From NCBI GenBank assembly GCA_030324005.1, contig JARDVH010000124.1, positions 40,376,410-40,440,409 on the forward strand: 64,000 bases of DNA, written 5' to 3'. Below are positions 1-12,127 of this stretch, piece by piece. The notes below the pieces were generated by a model, which saw only the letters and a list, made by a program, of their open reading frames with translations, was not told where the DNA came from and did no database searches. The DNA comes from Negaprion brevirostris (taxonomy: Eukaryota). The first letter of the stretch is position 1. Each line of letters opens with the position of its first letter. The position numbers and the translations under genes were made by a program.

Positions 1-1351
1 TCTTCATGATGGAAGACACCAGTGGGATGCCAGAGCTCCAGGAGTGTCAGGGGCACAGGTGAGTGCAGTGGCCATCACTGAGGGGAAGGTTCTGAGGAAA
101 CTGAAAGGTCTGAAGATGGATAAATCACCTGGACTGGATGGACTACACCCCAGGGTTCTAAAAGGGATAGCTGAGGAAGATGTGGAGGCATTGGTGGTCT
201 TTCAGGAATCACTGAAGGCAGGGAGGGTTCCAGAGGACTGGAAAGTAGATAATTATCACTGCTGTTTAAGAAAGGAGGGAGGCAGCAGATGGGGAATTAT
301 AAGCCAGTTAGCCTGTCTTTGGTCATTGGCAAGATTCTAGAGTCCACTATTAAAGATGAGTTTGCTGAGTAATTGGAAGAGCATGATTAGAAAGGACTGA
401 GTCAGCACAACTTCGTCGAGGGGAAGTCACGTCTGACAAATGTGCTAGAGTTTTTTGAGGAGATAACAAGGAAGTCAGATGAAGGAGAGTTAGTGGATAT
501 GATTTAAGATTTCCACAAGGCCTTTGACAAGGTGCCACATAGGAGACTGTTAACTAAGTTAAGAGCCCATGATGTTAATAGTGAGATCCTGGCATGGGTA
601 GACAATCGGCTGACTGGCAGAAGGCAGAGAGTGGGGATATAGGGGGTCTTTCCCAGAATGGCAGCCAGTGACTAGTGGTGTGCCTCGGGTCAGTGCTGGG
701 ACCACAACCTTTCACAATATACATTAATGATTTGGAAGAAGGAACTGAAGGCACTGATGCTAAGTTTTCAGATGGTACAAAGATATGTAGAGGGACAGGT
801 GGTCATTGAGGAAGCAGGGAGGGCTGAAGAAGGTGTTGGACAGGTTAGTAGAGCAGCCTAAGAAGAGGCAGATGGAATACAATGTGGAAAAGTGTGAGAT
901 TATGCACTTTGTAAGGAGGAATGGAGGCATAGCCTAATTCCTAAATAGGGAACTGCTTAGGAAATCAGAAACACAAAGGGATTTGGGAGTCCTTGTTCAA
1001 GATTTTCTTAAGGTCAACATGCAGGTTCAGTTAGCAGTTAGGAAGGCAAATGCAATATTAGCATTCATGTCGCGAGGGCTGGAATACAAGAGCAGGGANN
1101 NNNNNNNNNNNNNNNNNNNNNNNNNNNNNNNNNNNNNNNNNNNNNNNNNNNNNNNNNNNNNNNNNNNNNNNNNNNNNNNNNNNNNNNNNNNNNNNNNNTG
1201 GAAGGAGGAATGGAGGCATCGACTATTTTCTAAATAGGGAAAGATCAGGGGTTATGGAGATAAGAACATCAGCCTTGAGTGAATGGCGGAGCAGACTCAA
1301 TGGGCTGAGTGGCCTAATTCTGCTCCTATGTCTTGTGTTCTCATGGTCTTA
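1..1351 (+). mobile_element. CR1-clade LINE (HER1-like), degenerate RT region and 3' tail, with gap
   Basis: Frameshifted ORF2 motifs LKMDKSPGLDGLHPRVLK, GRVPEDWK, DFHKAFDKVPH, AVRKANAILAF; tail ggcctaattctgctcctatgtctt. Confidence 0.92.
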
Positions 1352-1777
1352 TTTAAGTTTCCCATGCAATTATATTGGAAGGAACAATGGCAAATAATGA
1401 GTGAATGCTAAATGCAAACAGATAAAACAGATGTCTCTCATAAGTTTTGTCCATTACAATTAAGACATCATGCCTGGGTGTATACACATTTCTGTCACAC
1501 TAGAACCCGAGTGACTCAAGTACATAAAAGAGCAACAGATTGCAAGTCAAGAGGTAGAAACCGCAAAACTCAAAGTCAGGAACACAACTCAAAGCTATCA
1601 ATAATTAATTACTGACTATGTGAAGATGACAAATGCATAATCAAAAAAAACAAGAGGAGCTGAACAAACCTATTCAGCTGTCAATTAGTTCTTTCATGAA
1701 ATTGAATATTGTGACAGAAAATAAGTATAACAGGCATTAAATTCTAAATTGAAATTGATTGGATTCTCCATGTAGAA

Positions 1778-1935
1778 GTCCAAAGATGTGTGGGTTAGGT
1801 GGATTTGCCATGCTAAATTGCTTACTGTCAGGGAGATTAACAGGGTGAATGTGTGGGGTTATGGATGGGACTGTTGTCAATGCAGGCTCAATGAGCAGCA
1901 TGGCCTCCGTCTGCACTGTAGGGATTCTGTGATTG
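1778..1935 (+). mobile_element. HE1/V-SINE-like SINE, 3' part
   Basis: ccaaagatgtgtgggttaggtggatttgccatgctaaattg ... ctgcactgtagggattctgtga; matches the fuller copy at 18398-18734. Confidence 0.8.
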
Positions 1936-2026
1936 TATTTATGTATTTGAAATTTCTCGTAATTTTGAAAACCTTTTTGAGAAGGCTGAGCTAGAGTTCA
2001 GACATACTATATTCAAAGATCCACAA

Positions 2027-2353
2027 ATTTGATTTATTATTGTCACATATTAGTGTACAGCAAAAAGTATTGTTTCTTGTGCACTATATAGACAAAGCAT
2101 ACTGTACATAGCGAAAAAAGGGAGCGTGCAGAATGTGGCGTTAGTCATTAGCTAAGGTGTAGAGATAGATCAACTTAATGCGAAGTAGGTCCATTCAAAA
2201 GTCTGATGGCAGCAGGGAAGAAGCTGTTTTTGATCAGTTGGTACATGATCTCAGACTTTTGAATCTTTTTCACGACAGAAGAAGGTGGAAGAGAGTATTT
2301 CCAGGGTGTGTGGAGTCCTTGAGTATGCTGGCCGCTTTTCTGAGGTAGCGGGA
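2027..2353 (-). mobile_element. Rex1/Babar-like LINE 3' end, truncated by gap
   Basis: Closely similar to 4428-4760 and 55231-55560; gatttattattgtcac tail. Confidence 0.8.
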
Positions 2354-3616
2354 NNNNNNNNNNNNNNNNNNNNNNNNNNNNNNNNNNNNNNNNNNNNNNN
2401 NNNNNNNNNNNNNNNNNNNNNNNNNNNNNNNNNNNNNNNNNNNNNNNNNNNNNGAAGTGATAGAAGATTAGCGATTATTGGTGACTTCAAATTGGATGAG
2501 GATTTGAAGGGTTATGGAGATACAGCCGGGGAAAGGATGAATTGGATTGTTCCAGAAAGAGTACGGATTCAATGGGCCAAATAACTACATTCCATGCTGT
2601 AAATGACTCCTTGACTCAGTTTAGTGGTAAAAAAAATTAGGAAGGGACAAGGAGAACATTTTCTGCACAGCGAGTTGGCGTGACTTTGGAATATACTGCC
2701 TGAATTAAAATAGTTACTCACAAAAGAGGATTAGACAAATAGTAGGAAAAATAAAGGAAAGAGTTGGAGAGTGGGACTAATTGGACAGCTCATTCAAAGA
2801 GCTGGCAGAAGCACAATGGGCTGAAGAGCCTGCTCTGAAATGTATTATTCTGTGAAGCTAAGCCAGCAAACTGCTGAGGCCTATTATCTTCCTGTCATAT
2901 CATCCTTGGTGAGATCAGTGAACAGAGCCCACGCTGGAGATGGAACCCTCGGGGTCTTTACACTGAATTGGCAGGAGTTGGCTGATGCCTATTGTGGATA
3001 CTGGACAGCGAGAGCTGTGATCTCCAACTACCGAAAAGGTTTATCTGATTATCTGGCATCTTCATAAGTTCACCCACAGCCTGCACCCAAAACCAAAACT
3101 GAAAGTAAAATTCCAAAAATGGCAACTAGCATTTACGTGGCACATTTAAGTTAGTAAAATATCCCAAGGTGCTTCACAGCAATGCAATCAAACAAAATTT
3201 AATATCAAATTAAATTAGGCGCTTAAGGAGAAATTAGGACAGGAAGTGGGTAGATTTTAAGGAGAATCTTGAAGGAGAGATGTAGAGTTACGGAGGTTTA
3301 GTGGGAGAATTCAGAGCTGAGGGCAGTTAAAAACATGTCTGCCGGTGGTGCAGCAAAGAACATTAAGTTGAGGTTCATAAGTCCTTGAACTGGCACAATG
3401 CTACATGCTGCTGGCTACTTTCTGCTGTCTTTTCTTAGAAGGAATGCCAGTCTAACAGGATTCTTCCCTGTCCTTCAGGTATTCCTGTTTACTTTCTTCA
3501 TACAATGCAATAGAATGGTAAGTAAAACATTCCTTCAGTGCAGCATTTTCTTCTATGAATTTTACAACCATTAAGAAGTCTTCGTCTTGGCAGCATTTGG
3601 TAAAGGCTTCCACCTT

Positions 3617-3970
3617 ATAAGATATAGGAGCAGAATTAGGCCATTCAGCCCATTGAGTCAGCTCCGCCATTCAATCATAAGTTTGTCCATCCCATTCTCC
3701 TGCCTTTTCCCTGTAACCTTTCTCCCCCTTACCAATCAAGAACCTATCAATCTTTGCCTTAATTACTCTCAATGACCTGGCATCCATTGCCTTCTGTGGC
3801 AATGAATTCCATTGATTCAGCACCATCTGGCTGAAGAAACTCCTCCTCATCTTGGTTCTGAAGGGTTGTTCCTTTACCCTGAGGCTGTGCCCTCTGACCC
3901 TAGTCTTTCCAACTAATGGAAACATCTTTCCCACATCCACTCTATCCAGGCTTTTCCATAATCTGTAAGT
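3617..3970 (-). mobile_element. CR1-clade LINE 3' fragment
   Basis: ORF 3671..3940 DVGKMFPLVGKTRVRGHSLRVK...FFSQMVLNQWNSLP is the typical CR1 ORF2 C-terminus, followed by a CR1 tail. Confidence 0.9.
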
Positions 3971-4427
3971 TTAGAGTCAAAGGCTAAAATAGTGTACACA
4001 TAGTTAGCAAAATGACAAAACCTGAGAGGCTCAAACAAGCTGTGGGAGTATCAAAAATTGAGAATCTGAAAAATGGGTAAGATTACCATGTCCTCTCTCT
4101 GAGCTCAGCATACCAGATGCATTGTGTCATTTTCTGAAATGAATAGTGAGTTCTATAAATGTACATTCATCATAACACAGCAGATAAAATACAGAGACCA
4201 AATAATTAAACATGTCCACAACAATGGAGGCCTTGCTCTGCAACTTCTACAGGCACTAACATCAGTGGAGAGTAAAGGGCCTGCATTTATATAGTATCTA
4301 TAATGACCATCAGACATTTCAAAATGTTTACAGCCTTTGAAATGTTCACATATTGAAATGTCACTGTTATAACAGGGGGAATGAAGCAGCCATCGAATTC
4401 CTACAAACGGTGATGTGACAGTGAGGA

Positions 4428-5296
4428 GATTTGATTTGATTTATTATTGTCAGATGTATTAGTATACAGTGAAAAGTATTTTTTCTTGCGTGCTCTACAG
4501 ACAAAACATACCATTCATAGAGAAGGAAATGAGAGAGTACAGAATGTAGTATTACAGTCATAGCTAGGGTGTAAAGAAAGATCAACTTAGTGCAGGGTAT
4601 GTCTATTCAAAAGTCTGACAGCAGCAGGGAAGAAGCTGTTCTTGAATCGGTTAGTACGTGACCTCAGACTTTTGTATCTTTTTCCTGATGGAAGAAGGTG
4701 GAAGAGAGAATGTCTGGGGTGCGTGGAGTCCTTAATTATTCTGGCTGCTTTGCCAAGGCAGTGGGAAGTATACACAGAGTCAATGGATGGGAGGCTGGTT
4801 TGTGTGATGGATTGGGCTACATTCATGACCTTTTGTAGTTCCTTGCGGTCTTGGGCAGAGCAGGAGCCAAACCAAGCTGTGATACAACCAGAAAAAAATG
4901 CTTTCTCTCGTGCATCTATAGATTGGTGAGAGTTGTAGTGGACATGCCAAATTTCCTAAGTCTCTGAAGAAAGTAGAGATGTTGATGGGCTTTCTTAACT
5001 ATAGCGTCTGCGTGAAGGACCAGGACAGGTTGTTAGTGATCTGGGCAGCTAAAATCGTGAACCTCTTGACCGTTTCTGCTTCATCCCCATGGACGTAGAA
5101 AGGGTCATGCCCTCGACTACGCTTCCTGAAATCAATGATTACCTGCTTCATTTTATTGACATTGAGGGAGAGATTGTCGTTGCACCCATTCACCACATAA
5201 TCTCTTTCCTGTCCTCCGCTTCCTCATTGTTTGAGATCTGACCCACGATGGTGGTGTCATCAGCAAACATGAAAATCAAGTTGGCAGGGAATTTGA
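4428..5296 (-). mobile_element. Rex1/Babar-like LINE, RT C-terminal part and 3' tail
   Basis: Minus-strand MFADDTTIVG (about 5242-5270), NLSLNVNKMKQVIIDFRK, IIKDSTHPRHSLFHLLPSGKRYKSLRSRTNRFKNSFFPAAVRLLN; (ATCAA)n tail. Confidence 0.88.
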
Positions 5297-5474
5297 GTGA
5301 AATGTTGGGTAAGTACACCGCTAATAGGTTTACTTTGTGTTTACACATGATACAAATTTTTGTAATGGCAAAACTGGACAGTCAGTGGGTCCAGCACAAT
5401 TTTTAAGACCCCCATGGAAAATAAGTGAGAAGAAAACATTTTAAGAGACTATTTTTAGTTCAATGAAAATAGCT

Positions 5475-5660
5475 TGTGGTTTCCTCCCACAGACCAAAGA
5501 TGTACAGGTTAGGTTGATTGGCCAGGCTAAATTTGCTCTAGTGTAGGGGGATTAGCAGTGTAAATATGTGGGGTATAGGAATATGGGCTGGGTGGGATTG
5601 TGGTCAGTGTAGACTGGATGGGCCAAATGGCTTCCTTCTGCACCGTAGGGATTCTGTGAT
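5475..5660 (+). mobile_element. HE1/V-SINE-like SINE, 3' part
   Basis: ggtttcctcccacagaccaaagatgtacaggttaggttgattggcc ... ttctgcaccgtagggattctgtga. Confidence 0.82.
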
Positions 5661-5855
5661 CCCCTGATGAGATTAAGGTGATGATTTCAAAGTATGCCAT
5701 TTTAAGTCCTCTAAAGGTGCCTGAAGGACACTTTGAATGCAGATTTGTGTCAATGCATTTTAGCAGTGCTTGCTGTGGGATAAGTTGTGAAAAGCTCTTG
5801 ACTAGTCAGTTTTACTGAATGTGCCTGATTAATGCATCTTAATTCTGATTTTCAG

Positions 5856-5967
5856 TTCAACAGAAATAGATGATATGCTCAGAAAATCTACCAACCTGCT
5901 GCTTACTCGAACTCTGAGTGGATGTTTACAAAGCCTGATTAAGAAACAGCACATCGGTTTGACTGAA
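5856..5967 (+). CDS. EXOC6: EXOC6 (Sec15A) internal coding exon, 112 nt
   Basis: ttttcag acceptor, gtatgc donor. After 1 nt reads STEIDDMLRKSTNLLLTRTLSGCLQSLIKKQHIGLTE, matching recalled vertebrate EXOC6. Ends in phase 0. Confidence 0.95.
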
Positions 5968-7147
5968 GTATGCCTTTAATGCCTAGAACGTTTTGTTTTT
6001 CAAAATATCATCTAGCTGGTTATGTATTGCTATCAGGAAAATGCTTTAAATTTGAAATCTGATGTCACATTTTGGACATTGACTCAATTCAATTGTTCCT
6101 TGTGCGTTAACATTATTACTAATCTACCTACCCATGAAACGGTGCAGGGTAGGGGTAGGTGTGGACTTATTGACCATAAATGGCAGCAATGCCTTCAAGA
6201 AGTGAAATGATTAGCCTTTTTCAAATAGTAGATTAGATCCGCAGTTTAGATCTAAGTTATTTAACCCTTGATTAGGTATCACATTGCAAAGCTGTAGGAT
6301 ATACCAAATTCAGTCAAACAATTATGTAATCTGTACTAAAGGCAAATTAAAACTCTTGATAATTGCTATCCTTCAAGACACATATGACCACTAATCCTGT
6401 AATGGACCAGTTTGAGCACTGGCCATGAAATGTATAGTTAGCCATATATATTCCTCCTCAGCAACCTGTTTGCCTTACTGAAGGGTCCTATGGGAACAAA
6501 GAACATGGTAGTAAAACCAAGTCAGTCAAGTTTCACCAGCTATATTTTACAAATTGTAATAATTTTGTTATAAATCCAAAATCACAATCATATTATTGTA
6601 ATCCACCAAACAATATCTTTATAACATCATGCACTTTGTTTAAAAAGCACCTCAAGCTACCATTTGAACAGGAAATATTTTATGTTGATTTGATTTTATG
6701 TTTACTTTATTCGGGGAAAAATGTACACACTGACTACACAATTCCACAGAGCTTCAAGTTGAAAACCAATCCCAAGAATCTTTTTATTGCTTAAGAAATT
6801 TAAAGGGTGTTGCTAATTAGAAAGTAGAATGAAAAAGGTTGTTATGATTGCGTACAACATTTTTCTCTCCATCTTCCAAGATCTGGGTCATGAGCACTGG
6901 CCATCCTCTAGTATCTCCCATAAATGACCTTTGATGCTTTGGCCCAAGAAACTAAAATCTAATGGTGCTTGATCTTAAACTAGATCTGGTGCATGCAATA
7001 CATTTAAGCCTGCATCTCTTGAGCTTCAGAGAATGTAGCTGGGATTTCTATCAAATACAACAAACAGGGTGAGACTAAATAAGGGTTTTCCTTCCTACCC
7101 CAGTGCCATTATTGCTGCAACTCAGTCACAAAAGATCTATCCTTTTA

Positions 7148-7272
7148 CTCTGAAGGGTCACCCAAATTCAAAATGTTGGCTGTGTTCTCCCTCCACAGAT
7201 GCTGTGTCACCTGAATTTCTCCAGCATCTTCTGCACTTGTTTCAGGTTCCAGCATCCACAGTATTTTGTCTT
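7148..7272 (+). mobile_element. Penelope-type terminal repeat fragment
   Basis: ctgaagggtcac...ctccacagatgctg...ccagcat...cagtattttg; related copies at about 14650, 18765, 39610, 47435, 55880 and 61255. Confidence 0.6.
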
Positions 7273-10200
7273 TATCATGATCTTATACAACTGAGATCTC
7301 TATATTCCTTATTCTCTGGTCTCTTGCCCATATTCCTTTCAGCCTGCTGTTGATGGCTGTACATTTAGCTGTCAAAATCCCAAGTTCAGGTATTCCTCCC
7401 TAACCACCTCACGTTTGGGACCCTCCCTTAAAACCCACTTCATTGACCAAATATTTCATTATCCTTTCAACAAAGTCACTCTGTAAATGCTAATAGTAGT
7501 TGAAGTCTTTTGTACTGTGCTTCGCCATGTGCCCATGAACTATTCAACAGCAAGAGAAATCATTCTGGCTATCTGAAAATCAGCAGTGTCTAAAAACCAG
7601 ACGTTTTTGTAATGTTCCTTGCATCAATTTTAATGGAGTAGCATTTCAAAAAAACTTTCTTGCATTGGCCTGATGTGGTTCCAAACTAGTTACGCTTCAC
7701 TTTATCCATTGACTCCACCTGACCCAGCTTGAACCGAACCATTTGACCTCCAAAATCTGGTATTGCATCAGTCCCAAGAGTGCAGGATTTGAGTTCCTGT
7801 AACCATATTAATCCAAATCTGCTTTTCATCTCTATTTTGTACACACACTTCCAGGAGGAGTCAGTGGATAGTGGCTTAATGAGGTTTATATAGGAATTAA
7901 CTGAGCCATGGAGAAAAGGTCATGGGTCAGCTACTGATCTGTGCTGTTAACAGGTGCTTGCCAGGGTGAGATATAATTGGTTTCAACTTCACTGGATTAG
8001 AGCAGGAAAAAGCATAGAGAATCCCCATTCCTAATTACAATTTGTTATTGGCACAAAAAGACCTTGCGTGTTCAGGCAAGAACAGAAATGGACTCCATTG
8101 TGATGTTACCTAAGGTTGAAAAACTACCAACCAAAACTCAATGACTTCTCCGAATAACAGAAAACAGTAAAGTATACTCTGACTCATTCTAGTTCAATCC
8201 ATTTCTAGTGGTCACAAATTGACGACGCTGTGTGAATATAATATTGAAGCCAATTTGTATGAAACTTGTTTTTCATACTATCTGTACTAATCAGTGAAAG
8301 CTGATTGCTACATTAATTGACCAGTACAATGCACCTTTGATCTTGTGGCATCAGCAAAGGTTTGCATCTCTTGCATGTAATTAGTAGTTCAACTATTCGC
8401 CTCAGTTGAGCCACTGAACAAGATATAAACCCTCTCCACTGATGCAGTGTGTAAGATCTACAGGATACACTGCAAGGTAGCTTCAATATCATTCCCCTTC
8501 TATAAGTAAAAAGACAAGCACAGCAATATAATGGGAATTGTTTGGCCAGTATTCTGGAAGTTCCTCCTTAGCACCATCAATTGTTACCGTAACCGCAGTG
8601 CAGTGGTTTAAGTCCCACCACTACCATCTTAGGATATCTATGGGCAATAAATGACTATTATCAATAAGGCCCACGTTCTCAGGACAAATTAATAGTTGTT
8701 TTCTTGAAATTCCTGCTTACATCAGGCTAATATATGGGCTCTGCACAAATTGGTTGTTATGAGAGAGGTTGCACACCAAAATTGCTGCTGCAGAGCTGTT
8801 TAGACTGCCAGTGAGTAGCGCTGTTAAACAACTTAAATCAGTATTTGTTGGTTCTCTTAAATAGCTGGGCTGCCTAGATCCTAATTTGCGACACAGTTTG
8901 AGCTCTAATGAGACACTGGCTATAACTTCTGGATTTTAGAAGTTTCCTCAGCTACATGTCGAGGCAACTTTGACACACTTTATTAATCAGCTCTTAAAAT
9001 AACCAAACAGTACTGCTCAGCTGTTCAACAATACTATTCACCAGCGTTGTAAATAATTGGGTGCTAGTCTTGAAGTGATATTAAATTTTAAAGCTTGTTC
9101 TTACTCTTTTTGCCACTTCAGCCTATTCCTTGTCAACCAAATTTCCCTCTTAAGCTGTTGGGCTGAAAGTTAGGCATGGTAGGATTAACATTTTTTGATC
9201 ATGCAATATTAGTGATCCATTTTAGAGGCTAGTTAGATCAATCCCTGCGTCCAGATTCTACTGCTACAAAATCCTTTGTATGAAATGAAAATTGATACCA
9301 ATAGTAATCCCATGATTGCAGCTTTGATTTCAAGTGATTTTTATGTTGGATAGACAATAAAGAAGCATTCAGTTCAATCAGAAATGGAAGCAAAATTCTG
9401 CTGAATATAAGGAATATACTTATTCCCACCTCACTCCCCATGCATATACAAAGCAGTGTACAATCTCCATGCTCCAACACACCATTTCCCAGCCACAATG
9501 TTGTCTTATACTTGACGTTATTCTGCTCCCTGGCTGTACTCAGCAGCTCCACATTGCTTCTCCACTGTCGCTAATGCTTCCTTGATGACTGAATTAAATG
9601 AGCATTAATGGCTTGTGTGCAATTTTTAAATTCTTAGCATAATGTTGCAAAGCTATTGCGTATATGCAGATTAATTAATTCAGGTTTTAGGCAGTATACA
9701 AACTGTTCAGTTCAAGATAAACATGGTTGAGACTAAGACCGGTTGAGAGAGTTGCAAGTCCAGGAATAATCTGGTTTAGGACGAGTTTGATATGCTTATG
9801 TCAACTTTGATATGTGCATTGAAAGTGAAGTGATTTTTTTTCATAAGCATGCAGTTCCATCTGCACTGCACAGTATTGTACTAAAACTGTTTGAAGAAAT
9901 GTAAAACATTTTTTTAAACCAGCTTTGTTGTTTTGTTTAACTTTTTTTTCTGCACTTGTATTTGAATTTGGTCTCTTGTAAAGCAAGTCGATGCATTTCC
10001 TTTCTGTTGGGGTAAATGAGTACTTGCTAAACAATTACAAAAGAATCATGCTGCATTGGCCCTATGTGTGTACCATTTAAATGACACTGCTTAGTAGCTT
10101 TTAAGATAAACATGTAGTTATTAATGGTTGAAACTGCAGGAATTAAAAGCTGAATGCTTATTTTATAAGACATTGCATAGAATAACTTACACTGAATTAT

Positions 10201-10273
10201 TGTATTGCTAGAAAATGGTAACAGCTGAAAAATTCAAATAAAGTCTCAGCGGCTGTATTTTTATGTTTTGCAG

Positions 10274-10408
10274 CTTGTACAAATCATCATAAATACAACA
10301 CACCTGGAACAGGCCTGTAAATACCTTGAGGACTTTATAACCAACATCACTAATGTTTCCCCTGAAACTGTGCACACCACACGACTTTATGGGCTGTCCA
10401 CATTCAAG
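10274..10408 (+). CDS. EXOC6: EXOC6 internal coding exon, 135 nt
   Basis: ttttgcag acceptor, gtatgt donor. LVQIIINTTHLEQACKYLEDFITNITNVSPETVHTTRLYGLSTFK, phase 0-0, continues the previous exon. Confidence 0.96.
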
Positions 10409-11205
10409 GTATGTGCAATGTGGATATGTTAGCAATGCATATGAGGAAGTACACCTTGTCATTGCTATAATTGTGTAAAACAATTTAATTACTATAATTT
10501 GATTTTGTGCATGTATTTGAGATCTGGCACTTAAAGCTCATATCAAAATACTTTTGTAAGATGAAACATTTGGCCAGAAAGAAATAGGTGTTCAATTGGA
10601 AAACCTATTGGCCCTGAACTTTCCATCACCATTCTTTTTGGATGATTCAGCCAGTTGATCTGTTCTAGAAGTACCATTATTTTCTAAAAGTATAATTTTC
10701 CATCTGGTTATAAAATTTTTTGCCTGTATTTTGGCTTTGGAAGATACACTTGAAAAATGTTCCTATGCATTATTGACTTTTCGCTTCTGTGAACTAATGC
10801 ATACCAAATTACCTCAAACCTGTATCTAACCTCCAGCACAGTATTTGCTATACATGTATCAAACACGTTTTTGTTTTATTTTCATTCAGGTGTTTAGTAA
10901 TATCAATATGATAGACTTGGAACATGTTGATTTCAGATTGTAATTTCTTTGTCCTCAGATGTCCTGTCAGTGTTCTGTTTGCCTTTTAGTTTGATGTTAA
11001 AGGAAACTGGAAATATGATACATTAATTTATTTTCTGAAACTTGCCTGATCCAATATCAGGATTGTGTTTTGTAGATGTGCTGAATGATTACTGTTTTAC
11101 AAAGTGATTAGAAAAAAATTTTAACATTTGACAGTTGAACATAGACTGAAAGTTTCTGCAATAATAATGTATATCTAAATTATTTTAAATAATGGATTTT
11201 TGCAG

Positions 11206-11385
11206 GATGCTAGACATGCAGCAGAAGGAGAAATATACACGAAACTTAACCATAAGATTGATGAATTCATACAGTTGGCTGACTATGAATGGACTATGAC
11301 AGAACCCAATGGTCGAGCCAGTGGTTATTTAATGGATCTTATAAATTTTCTCAGAAGCACTTTTCAAGTTTTTACACATTTGCCT
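11206..11385 (+). CDS. EXOC6: EXOC6 internal coding exon, 180 nt
   Basis: tttttgcag acceptor, gtgagt donor. DARHAAEGEIYTKLNHKIDEFIQLADYEWTMTEPNGRASGYLMDLINFLRSTFQVFTHLP (inside ORF 11200..11490), phase 0-0. Confidence 0.97.
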
Positions 11386-12097
11386 GTGAGTATTAAATAT
11401 AAGAATGAAAATCCTAAAATAACAAGTGCAATTATTTTCTTGGCTTATTTCCTGAAACCACTTAAATTTTCCTGTTATTCAAGCCTATGATTTTTTAAGA
11501 CCATGCAGATTACTGTAATACATGCTGTTAGCTTGAAAACAAATTAGAATGTCACTTTCTTTCCAAATAACTTCCTTGAATGGTTCTTGATGTGTGAGCT
11601 AAAAAGCAAATGAGCTTCACTGTTGGAAGAGAATTTCAATCAGCTACACAGGTGGCATTAATCCAGTTTTCAAAGATCTCCAAGTGTATTGAGAAAAAAC
11701 AGTGGCTTTATCTACAAAATGTACTTCTGTCCTGGCATTGATATTAAACTGCTTTCAAAATCAGACAAGATAATCTTTAAAATAAGAATTACCTTTTCTA
11801 CATTGTGCAGCAGGACTGAACAATGTGAAAGGCTGTTCATTTTTTAAAAAATTGCCACATAACACTCCCATAAACCTAAATATAAAGTGAATGTGATTGC
11901 ACAGAATTAAGGCCCTTAGATGAGGGTTTGTATGGACATTTAATGATTTTTGTATTGTGAAGATGTCCATCTTGCAGCTGATCTAATTAGTAATAGTATG
12001 TTTTACTTTCCTTTTTTATTATTGGTGTTCACACTTCTTTCCACACCTGTTTACATTTGATTTTTTGTTTTGATTTCCTTGCTGGGTTCCTTCTCAG

Positions 12098-12127
12098 AGT
12101 AACGTCAATCACCATGCAGCAATGTCG
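12098..12127 (+). CDS. EXOC6: Candidate alternative 30-nt microexon of EXOC6 (SNVNHHAAMS)
   Basis: About 100 nt AG-free, pyrimidine-rich tract ending ttctcag; 30 stop-free nt; G|gtgagt donor; lies in a phase-0 intron so it preserves frame. Confidence 0.65.

Noticed and set aside
3509-3522. aatag-aatg-gtaagt, resembling a tiny exon
   Set aside because: Would be 4 nt and frameshifting, with a weak acceptor context.
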